64,000 nt of DNA, from assembly GCA_000091205.1 (NCBI GenBank), contig AP006495.2; one strand, 5' to 3'. Below the pieces are notes generated by a model, which searched no databases, was not told the DNA's origin, and saw nothing but the letters and a program-made list of their open reading frames with translations. Position numbers and translations under genes: made by a program. The stretch comes from Cyanidioschyzon merolae (lineage: Eukaryota). The first letter of the stretch is position 1. Every line of letters begins with the position of its first letter. Below are positions 30,360 through 39,800 of this stretch, piece by piece.

Positions 30360-33300
30360 TTACCGTTGACGCTGTGCATCCATGCCGTAGCCTGCGATGC
30401 GCACCCTGATCATTGCAGGCGCTGATGCATCATCATCATCCGAATGCTTCGAATGCTTCGAATGCTTCGAATGTTCCGAGTGCTCATCGATGCTGTCCGT
30501 CTCGATGCGTGTCCCCGCGATGCATGCACGCACGGATGATGACGCATCGGCTCCCTGGCGTTGCCGCGTTGCGTTCACGCGCGCTGCTGTCGATGTGGTG
30601 CGGGCGCTGCGCTCGCTGGTAGCTGTACTTGAAGCAGATACAGTCGTATTATCGTAGGTGTTGTTGTTCGTGTTATCGTCGACGAGTATCGGCCAGTCCG
30701 AGGCAGTGACCGACGCATTCGCTGCTGCTGAGCGACGAGCGGATATGGTTGTGGCGGCGGCGGCGCGTCGACCTGGCGGGCGGCCGCGTCTGCGGCGCAC
30801 GACCTGGACGGCACCCTGTTGATTCAGGTCGCTGGTGTCTACGACCGCTGCCGCTGCTGCTGGTGGTGGTGGTAACTCTGGCGCAGCACTTTCGCGTGCC
30901 GCTACATGGCGACGGCGGTCGCGTGGATGCTCTTGACCCGCTGAGCGACGATGCCATGCGCTTCGATGTGCAGATGCATCCTCTTCGTCGTCGTCGTCGT
31001 CGTCGTTATCGTTATCGTTCTCTGCGAACGAAGTCGAAGTGTCGGGTGTGCTGTCGTCGGGGTTCAGGCCGCGCAGGAGGCGTCGTTTGCGACGCACGGT
31101 CTCCTGATACCGCAGCCGTCTCATCTCTTTGCGGTGACGGCGTTCCCGAATGGCGCTCTCGAAATCGTCTGCAGTCTTGCCACGTTCCAAGAGACGCAGC
31201 CATTCGCCTTCCGTGAGGCCGTCGTCATACAACACTGTGCGGGTTCGTGCAGCGCGTCGACGGCGCGACTCGCGATCGATCGAGGTCGAGTCGTCGGCCT
31301 CGCTGCTGCCACTGCGTCGCCTCCGACCGGTGTCGGTACCGGAGGCGAACCCGTCGGCACCCGAGTCTGTTTGATCTTGATTCTGGCGGACCCAGTCCGG
31401 CAACTCGTTTTCATCCATGAGTAGCGGCGGGTAGAGCTCTGGTTGCGCGCGCCGTTGCACGTCGATTTGCTCGAAGAGTTCTAGTTCGGCCTCGGTGCGC
31501 GCAAGCAACTCGTTCAAGGTCTCGTCGTCGGGAACGTCGGCTGCTGCTTCGTTACCCTCCTGTTGCCGCAGCAGCTCTTCCAACATTGCCCGTCGCTCCT
31601 GGTCGGTTGCTTTCTGGTTAAACTTGCCGGCCTGAATGACCTGACGGTCCATGTTGAGCTTCCGATTGGCCTCGGCGAGGATACGCTCTTCGACCGTATC
31701 CGCGCAGATGAGACGAAACACACGTACCTCGTTGCGCTGCCCGATCCGATGGGCACGGTCTTGGGCTTGCAAGTCGGCCTGCGGATTCCAGTCCGAATCG
31801 AAGAGAATCACCGTGTCTGCGGTCTGCAGGTTCAGGCCAAGACCACCGGCACGCGTCGATAGCATGAAGAGAAAAATATCGTTATCGGGCGCATTGAACA
31901 GCTCCAGCATCTCGTGACGCTCTTCGGCCTTGGTACTGCCGTCCAAGCGCAGGTAACTAAAGTTGCGCAGCTTACAAAAGTCCTCGAGCACGTCCAACAG
32001 GATCGTCATCTGACTGAACAAGAGCACCCGATGTCCTGACTGACGCAGTTTGGGCAGCATACGGTCGAGGAGCTCGAACTTGCCCGATGTGCGCACGATC
32101 CACAGCGGATCCAGGGCGCTGACCTCTTCCCAATCATAGAAGAGGTACGGATGATTGCACACTTTTTTCAACTGCATGACCACATTGTTGAAAAGACGTG
32201 GCTTGCCGCCGGCGTTGAGCACCACCCCGATGTTGCTTTTCGCTTGGCGGTAGAGGATCTTTTGCCAGATAGATAGATCGCAGCGCAGCACGTGTTCGCG
32301 TTTCTCGGGCAACTGATCCTCTACATCCGTTTTGAGACGTCGAAGTAAAAATGGGCGAAGAACGTGATGCAATCGGTTGATAATGAGCAAAACCTCCTCT
32401 TCGGCGAGCTCCGGTTGGTCGCCAGTACCCAGGCTCTGAAACGGCGCACTAAACCAGGACTCGAAGGTATCGACACTATTGAAAATGTTCGGAAGTAGAA
32501 AGTTAAGGAGCGCCCACAGTTCGGTGAGATTGTTCTGGAGCGGTGTGCCGGTCAAGAGAAGTCGATTTCGCGAGCGATACTTGACACCGAGTGTCATCGC
32601 CAAGCGACAATGGGTGTTCTTCATGCGATGACCCTCGTCGACAATAATGTACTTCCAAAAGATCCGCGAGAGCGCTCGCTGGTCCCGTACGCAGTATTCA
32701 TAGGTCGTCAACAGTACGTTGTATTGACCAGAGGCCATCTCGTATTGCTGAATCATGCGACGCGCGCTCTTGTCACCCCGATAGACGACCATTTTCATAT
32801 GGGGTGCCCATGCTCGAAACTCGCGGACCCAGTTGCTGAGTGTGCTGAGCGGGACGACAATGAGATGTGGCCCCTGGACCCCTTTGTACTCCATGAGGTA
32901 CGCCAACAGCGCAATCGTCTGGATCGTCTTGCCTAGACCCATTTCGTCTGCCAAGATGCCATTCAGATTGTTATTGTAGAGGGAAACCATCCACTGCAGA
33001 CCTTCGATCTGGTAGGGTTTGAGTTGGCCTCCACGCAGGGAGCTCGGCTGTTGCTCCACGAGCTCTCCAATGGAGTGGGTCTGCTGGTAGTACTCTTCTC
33101 GTCGCCGCCGCATGGCATCGAGCATATTTTCCGCGGGTGCTTGGGTGTCGTCCTTGTCGTCGACGCCATCATCATCATAGTCGTTGTCGTCGACGCCGTC
33201 ATCGACAGCGGCAGCTGTCGCTTCCGTCGCGTTTCTCATTCGACGCTCTTGTTCGCGCAACTGTTTGCGCTGGGCAGCCTGTGCCTTGCGGGCAGCCTCG

Positions 33301-34733
33301 CGCGCTTTGAGACCCACGAGTCCTTGTGCGTCCACGGCTTCGTTCACTCCGACGACATCTTTCTGTGCCTGCACCTTGGCGGTGATCAACGAAAGATAGT
33401 TCTCCGTCTGGCGAAGCACCTCCATGATGCGACTGTTCTTGGTTGCATCCAGCATGCGCAGGTACGCCTCTTCATCGTTCGCTCGAAGCGCTCGGAGCCG
33501 TTCCTGCTCTTCACGACGAGCTCGACGCTCTTCCTCGCGCATGCGGTCGCGAAAGTGCTTGTGCAGTGCCCTGTTCACGGCTTGACGTTCCTGGTTAATT
33601 TGCGTCCGAGCATCGCGGAAAGACTTGCCGTGCTCGAGAAGGCTCTCGAGGTACCGGGCGTGCCGGGCCCGTCGACGCTCCTCCTGCTCGGCCCGGTGAC
33701 GTTGGTACGCGAGTTTTTCATTCTCGCGTTGCCGCGCAGCTCGTCGACTGGCTGCGACCAGCGCTCCGAATTCCACAGCTTCACTTGTGATGCCGTACTC
33801 TGCCAGTGGATCCCGTCGCTGGCGATAGTAGGCCGCAATCGCCTCGGTTTCGACGGGTGCAACCAACAGGTACATTTCATTCAGCAGCGCTCGCCGAATG
33901 TTTCGCTGGCGATGGTGCAGCTGCAGTGCACGTCGCTCTATCTCCACCTTGATGGTGTCGTGCTCCTCCTCGGTCGCATGCTGCAAAAGCTCGTAGCGCT
34001 CTTGCAGGCGGCGCTCTATGCGCTGTTCCTGCTGCTCGAGCGCGTCGAGCCACTGTTCTATGGCAACGCGTTCGCTTGCTAACCCTGCTGCCAGAGAGCG
34101 CTCCGCGTCAGCGCCGCCATCAATATCCGTGAAGCCTGCAGGGTGCTCAGCGAGCGCCCACGACGGCCACATGAGCTGACCCCGCTCCCCAGCAGCAACG
34201 TCTGGCTGCGCGAGGCACTGGATGAGCGCGCGTTCGACACTGGAACCCCGACCAGCCAAGCGAATAGCTTGCAAGGCTGCGCGAAGCAATCGGTTCTGCC
34301 GCAACGGCAGTAAAAGGTCTTGTTGGGAAGTACCAACGGCCCGGAGGTGGGCAGGCAGCGACCCTGTGTTCGGCACCGGGCTTTTGCGCACCGTTCCAGA
34401 CAGAGCAGTGAAGCCGTTCAGCAGTTCTCGTTCGTTCGTCTCGGTGCCATACGCCTGATTCAACCAGTCATTGGTCTTCAGGTCGTTCAAAAACCGACCA
34501 AAGTCTTCAACACTGCACAACTTGGCCAGTCGCTGGAGCAGTTCCAGCAGCCGCTGGGCAGAAGCCGACTCCGGTGGCTGCCCGCACAAAGCGCTTACCT
34601 GTTGAACAAGCGTCCAAAACTGTTCCTCTGTACCTGACGCAACTCCATCTTGTGGATCCTGCCCGGATACCAGTGCAGTTTGCCCCAAATCGACTTTATC
34701 ATCCGGCCCCACGGTCATCGTTTCCAGCAACAT
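30360..34733 (-). CDS. SWI2/SNF2-family chromatin-remodelling ATPase (Snf2/Brahma/Sth1-like), 1457 aa. It has a poly-Asp tract and a C-terminal (HSK)n repeat.
   Basis: 'LKPYQIEGLQWMVSLYNNNLNGILADEMGLGKTIQTIALLAYLMEYKGVQGPHLIVVPLSTLSNWVREF'. DEGH box 'YIIVDEGHRMKN'. Helicase-C 'LLFSQMTILLDVLEDF...DWNPQADLQAQDRAHRIGQ'. Confidence 0.92.
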   Translation of the reverse strand: MLLETMTVGPDDKVDLGQTALVSGQDPQDGVASGTEEQFWTLVQQVSALCGQPPESASAQRLLELLQRLAKLCSVEDFGRFLNDLKTNDWLNQAYGTETNERELLNGFTALSGTVRKSPVPNTGSLPAHLRAVGTSQQDLLLPLRQNRLLRAALQAIRLAGRGSSVERALIQCLAQPDVAAGERGQLMWPSWALAEHPAGFTDIDGGADAERSLAAGLASERVAIEQWLDALEQQEQRIERRLQERYELLQHATEEEHDTIKVEIERRALQLHHRQRNIRRALLNEMYLLVAPVETEAIAAYYRQRRDPLAEYGITSEAVEFGALVAASRRAARQRENEKLAYQRHRAEQEERRRARHARYLESLLEHGKSFRDARTQINQERQAVNRALHKHFRDRMREEERRARREEQERLRALRANDEEAYLRMLDATKNSRIMEVLRQTENYLSLITAKVQAQKDVVGVNEAVDAQGLVGLKAREAARKAQAAQRKQLREQERRMRNATEATAAAVDDGVDDNDYDDDGVDDKDDTQAPAENMLDAMRRRREEYYQQTHSIGELVEQQPSSLRGGQLKPYQIEGLQWMVSLYNNNLNGILADEMGLGKTIQTIALLAYLMEYKGVQGPHLIVVPLSTLSNWVREFRAWAPHMKMVVYRGDKSARRMIQQYEMASGQYNVLLTTYEYCVRDQRALSRIFWKYIIVDEGHRMKNTHCRLAMTLGVKYRSRNRLLLTGTPLQNNLTELWALLNFLLPNIFNSVDTFESWFSAPFQSLGTGDQPELAEEEVLLIINRLHHVLRPFLLRRLKTDVEDQLPEKREHVLRCDLSIWQKILYRQAKSNIGVVLNAGGKPRLFNNVVMQLKKVCNHPYLFYDWEEVSALDPLWIVRTSGKFELLDRMLPKLRQSGHRVLLFSQMTILLDVLEDFCKLRNFSYLRLDGSTKAEERHEMLELFNAPDNDIFLFMLSTRAGGLGLNLQTADTVILFDSDWNPQADLQAQDRAHRIGQRNEVRVFRLICADTVEERILAEANRKLNMDRQVIQAGKFNQKATDQERRAMLEELLRQQEGNEAAADVPDDETLNELLARTEAELELFEQIDVQRRAQPELYPPLLMDENELPDWVRQNQDQTDSGADGFASGTDTGRRRRSGSSEADDSTSIDRESRRRRAARTRTVLYDDGLTEGEWLRLLERGKTADDFESAIRERRHRKEMRRLRYQETVRRKRRLLRGLNPDDSTPDTSTSFAENDNDNDDDDDDEEDASAHRSAWHRRSAGQEHPRDRRRHVAARESAAPELPPPPAAAAAVVDTSDLNQQGAVQVVRRRRGRPPGRRAAAATTISARRSAAANASVTASDWPILVDDNTNNNTYDNTTVSASSTATSERSARTTSTAARVNATRQRQGADASSSVRACIAGTRIETDSIDEHSEHSKHSKHSKHSDDDDASAPAMIRVRIAGYGMDAQRQR

Positions 34734-35029
34734 ATGCGCAAGGTGATGTCGATTCGTGTCAAACGCTGCGTCCTACGGCAGGGCGCGTGCCGCGCTGTTG
34801 GGCGGGCGATGGCGTTGCTGTGCAAAGGAATTCCTTTACGGCACAAGGGAAACGTGGATGCTGGCGCAGCGCCGTACCCTCGAGTCCGCTTCTTTGATTT
34901 CAACTCAATTTCGTTGCACCCTCGCTGTGGTGTACTAGCAGGCGATCGACCTCAGGATGCAATATACCGGATGGAATGTGGATGAGTTGCCTGTAGGATA
35001 GATTCTTTACTGAAGTGTGCATCGAGGAC

Positions 35030-35930
35030 TGCTTTCATTAATCAGGTCAGACATACCACAGTAATCAGACTTCTACCGAAATGGCAACTCCGGAATTCCG
35101 CGAACGTCGCTATCCAGATAAAGCACATGAACGTCGGTTTGTTTTCCCAGTCGATGAGACTTGCTTCGGACGAAGCGCTCGGAGCGTATATGGGTATGTC
35201 GGAAAGGATGCCCGTTGCACGTCCGAATGAACTCGAAGAGAACGATAGCATGATATATTCTGGGTGCAGGGGATTCATTTTGCGGCCTCAGGTTCGCTGG
35301 TAGTGGAGGCCCATGCAACAGCACCAATCACTTTGTCAAATCATTGCAGACTGGTGCCTGACGTCTGGCGACGTCCCCCTATTGGACGATGTGGTATTTG
35401 ACAATTCCGTTTGCGTTCGAGCTTTTGTGAATTTTATAGATGTCGAGCTGCTTCTCATTCCACAGTAGGTTCCGTGGTTCATCCCCATCGAAGGAGCGTT
35501 TCCTAATCGCCAAACGTAATGATCGCAAAACTGGGCGAATCGCTGAAGCGTCCCCCACACGTTTTTACTCCGAGGGCGCATTTCGTGTTTCTTCCACAAG
35601 TCCTCCTCGCTCCGGGATGGTGTGTACCTAAGAGTAGCAAGAAACGTGTTCATTTTTGAAGAAATACAATACCGAAGGAATGATCTGGGCTGTCCACTGT
35701 AGAAGGTCGAGATGGACCGAGGGCAGCGCATGGCTTCGGCGACAGAAAAATACGGAGCGATGACAGAGCACAAACTGGCATCAAGGTCTCGAGTTCGAGG
35801 ACTCGTTGCATTGGTGAGTCCCACCAGACGCAATAAACGCATGAAATTCATGACCCAACGCTTCAACGCTGCCATCAATACGACGAGATGTGTGGTACCG
35901 AAAAAGAGACCCACGGAGCTGAGGTGATCC
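35030..35930 (+). mobile_element. Repeat-family copy d: decayed Fanzor/TnpB-like element fragment between the SNF2 and starch-synthase genes.
   Basis: '...RFLIAKRNDRKTGRIAEASPTR' parallels 'VFFMVKRNDRSTGRIAEAFSTR' in copy c. ORF 35712-35927 'SRSRVRGLVALVSPTRRNKRMKFMTQRFNAAINTTRCVVPKK' carries a degenerate RuvC-III 'NAAIN' motif at 35861-35890. Upstream DNA is homologous to copy c. Confidence 0.45.
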
Positions 35931-36695
35931 AACTGAGTGGGAGCAGCTCTTCACCGATAGAATCGGCGAAGAGCTTCAACGCAACAGTAAGCGTAAATTA
36001 CCATGCAATCCAATGGAAGGACGTTGCCAGAAGCCGGAAAAAGTCTTCGATCATTCGACGAAATAGATCCTGTTGTATGAGCCTTATCTACGGGCCAGTA
36101 CTGAGGCCGCCAAATGAATCCACTGCAGCTAGATCAGAGGACGAAGAATACCTCGTTCCGATCGAGATCGATCGTCGATACAACGGGCGCCCTGCTCCTC
36201 GAATACCCATCTACAGTCCAACTATTTCGTCCGAGGCAAGCCGCACCAACTGAAGAAGAAAACCAACGTCCCTACACTGTGCACGGATCGCAACTTTCCA
36301 GTAAAGATGTCGTTGCTGTTTCGATGGAAATGGCCGTGATAGAACTAGAGTATTTTTCCGGACCGTATCCCAGTGTTCCCAGGATCACACGAACAAGCAG
36401 TAGAGCAGCAGAGACGCCCCCAGCTGCTACCAGGATCGCTTCTGCTTTCCCGAAACTATTCAACCGTGAACTTTTCTACCATTGATTTGAACCACGCTCT
36501 GACAAAACCAGCTTTTGAAGCGGTAAGCATCCAGCTCCTTCTTTCAGTATTCCTCATCCATCTGAGTACTACGGTACACCTGACGACCCCACGAAGGAAT
36601 GCAGTCCTCCTGGCACGATTCCGGAGAGCATCCATCCTACCGGCGATTTGTCTATAATCCAGAATCCGCATGACATAAGTGATGTCAATCGCCTG

Positions 36696-36728
<33 letters not shown>

Positions 36729-36815
36729 GGTGGAACGCAATTGACATGACAAGCGCCGACGCAGACGCGACGGACGGCAGAGAACGTCTGATGCACCACT
36801 CGTTTCGGTGCCCCG

Positions 36816-39800
36816 GTGGACTGCTCATCGGTGCAACGCTCTTCAAGTTCGTGTTCGTGCGTATCACGAGCACTGGTACACACTCGGGAGGACTGCGTTT
36901 TGTGGAGAGGGCTATCGAAGAGTGTGCGCTCTCGGACACGGGCAATAAGAGCGCTCGGTTGCTGTTCTTCTATTCTGTTGTTGTTGTTGTTGTTGCTATT
37001 GTTGTTGCACCTTGCTTCTGGTGACACACACCGAGTTTTCGCAAAAGGCAACGTAATGCCAGGCAGCACACAGCGTGGTGGTTGGCGGGAACAACGACCA
37101 GCGCTTTCTCGAGGTACGCCGGTGAACCAGCGACGCTGGTCAGCGTGGCTTCCGCGACTCTCCTCATTGGTCGATGAGCAGCCCGTCCAGGACGTGCTGG
37201 ATGAGGTCCAGCAGCTGCTACTCGAACGCAGCACCTGGGTCACCTATGAGGACGGGGCGCGAGGCGGTGCATCCGGGCGCGGTGCAAACAAGCCGCCGGC
37301 GCCTTTTTCGTCTGCTGGCTGGGAACGGCTCCAGACACTCCTCGAAGTTGAAAAGGCCCTGGTTTCGGCACTGGGCCATCACTGCGAAGACGTGCGAGAT
37401 CGCGCCGTCGTCTTGCTCAGTGTGCTGTACGATGGGCACCCGCTGCAACTCGCCGGTGATGCGCTTCCTGTAGCCGTGACTTGTGTCGGAGAACCGGTCA
37501 CAGTTTGCATTCCATTTGCGAGCGAAGCAGATCGCGAGGCCTTCCAACCACAACGTGCCGTGTTGCGTCTGTTTCGGCCCTGGCCAAACAAAAACAAGAA
37601 TGGATATACTCGTGAAGTGCTGAGCAAACAGGCAACGAATAGTCTGCAGCTCGGAGGTAGTCGACCTCCGCGTTCGCCCAGCTCAGATGGCCCGCAACAA
37701 CGAAAACCGTCGTTGGCTACAGAGACAGGCCCGAATGCGACAAGCACGTCGCCTTCACGAGAGCAGACCGCTCAAGACTGGACAAACGCGGAAGAGGAAG
37801 CGGAACAGGAGCTTCCCGTAGGCACACACGCACTCTGGGCCGCTTGTCATGGACACTGGCAAAGCTACCCCATCAGCGTGCAGGGCGAGAGCATCCTCGT
37901 TCATCTGGGCAGTTTCGAGCAGCCGGGCTTTTACGACTGGTACATCGCTCGAGCTTCGGATGGTGTCGCCTCTCCGCTGGTAATCGCTCATCCGGTTGTC
38001 TATGCCGATGTACCGGGTATGGACTTTAGACGCCTGCGCGGCCGCTTCATCGTCCAGCCGAGGGGAGCGCGAGCCCATCGCCTCTATGAGATACCTGTTG
38101 ACCAGGTTGGCGCTCGCTGGGATGCCACCACAGGGGCGCTACTCTCCAGGGGCTCCTTCGATGCGGTGCAGGAGCTTCTGCCCCGTCTGGCAGCGAGCGG
38201 TATCACCGGGATATACGTGAGCGGCTGCCTGGAACGTCGCCTCGATGAGCACGAGCCGACACCGCACACCGTTGTCGATCGAGCGATGCCTGCCACGATC
38301 CTCGGCGGGGTGCACAAGTTCCGTCGAATGTGTGCAGAGGCCCGTCGACATCAACTGGCAACCATCGTGGACTGCTTGGATCGAGTGTCGCTGGCTCGAG
38401 CACACCGCCGCTACCGACGCATCGGCTATGTGCGTATTGTGGATGCGAAACGTCAGGTGCCTGCACTACCTCATCCTGGAACAGACTGTCACGAGGTCCA
38501 ATGGGAGGATACCGCTCTCCTGAACTACCGTCGCCTTGAGAGCTGGTATTCGCTCATTGAGGATATTTCGCAGATGGCGACTGAGCACGGTGCTGGCGGC
38601 GTTCGCCTCGACAATGCGCAGTGCGTTCCCTGTGTACTCGCTCCGGACGTTACCGAACTCGCACGTATCGACAACGACGGGATTGCGCACTATGACGACG
38701 AAGAGAAGGCATTTGGCGACGTGGTGCTGGCGAACGTCGAGGGTGGCTACTGGCGCACAGACGCCGCCATCGACGGCTATCCGAATCCTCTGCTGCTGAA
38801 ACTCACCCGCGAAATGTGGCACTGGAACCCCTCGTTCCTGGTTCTTGGTGAATCTCACTTTCATCGCGAGCGCAACCTCATTGTGAGCGGCCTGATTCCC
38901 CATACGCTGCGGGTGGCAACCATACTGGCCGGTATTTCGGGCAAGTCTCTCCGCCGCGATGGTTCCGTGCGCGCTCTCGGGGAGAACAAGCATCCCACTG
39001 TGGACTTTATCGCGCGTCTCTATCGCAATGATGCACATGCGATTCCCTCGGGGGCAATCATGGTCGGGGGCACCTGCTCCGACACCTCGCCCTACCCGAG
39101 TGTGCTCTATGGACGCCGAGCCTGGACCGCAGTCGATATGCTTTGTTTCCTGCCCGATATCCCGCTCTTACTTCTGGGCGAGGAGGATGGACGCGCCTAC
39201 CGCATCAACATGGCATCCGTCTCCCGAGAAGTAGATCCCGACACCAATCTGGAGCTGGAGGTGCCCAAGTCTCCGCGCCTGGGAGGTCACGGCCTGCCGC
39301 GCGGCTCCAGCGTCGCCTCGGGCATGAGCATGCTGCACCTGCAACAAACCAGTATGGGTGACGTACGGCGCCTGAAGCGCTCCGGCTCCCGCGAGACCGG
39401 TCTAGCGCGTCTGTCGAGTACCAACCTGCTGGGACGCAACACAACGAACCGTCGCGCGGACTCGGGAAGCATGTCGGGTGCGGCTGCTGCCATGGTGCGT
39501 TCGCGCTCCACCGAGGATATGCTGAAACTTTCGATTCGCTCGGTGTCAGCGGAGGATATTCGCCAACTCGATCTGGCCGAAGAGGATATTCGACGCGAGA
39601 TTGGTCCACAAGAGGGCTACGACATTCGCCAGATTCGCGGTCACTATGAGCATCGTCTACGTCTGCGGGCATCCTACGAGGCACTTCGCGAAGGACACAT
39701 GGTAGCACTCGTGGTGCGCGAGCAGGCCAAGTACCAGGTACTGGCCTTTGCTCGCTTCACGAGACAGCAAATCGTGCTACTCTTTATCAATGTTCGCGGT

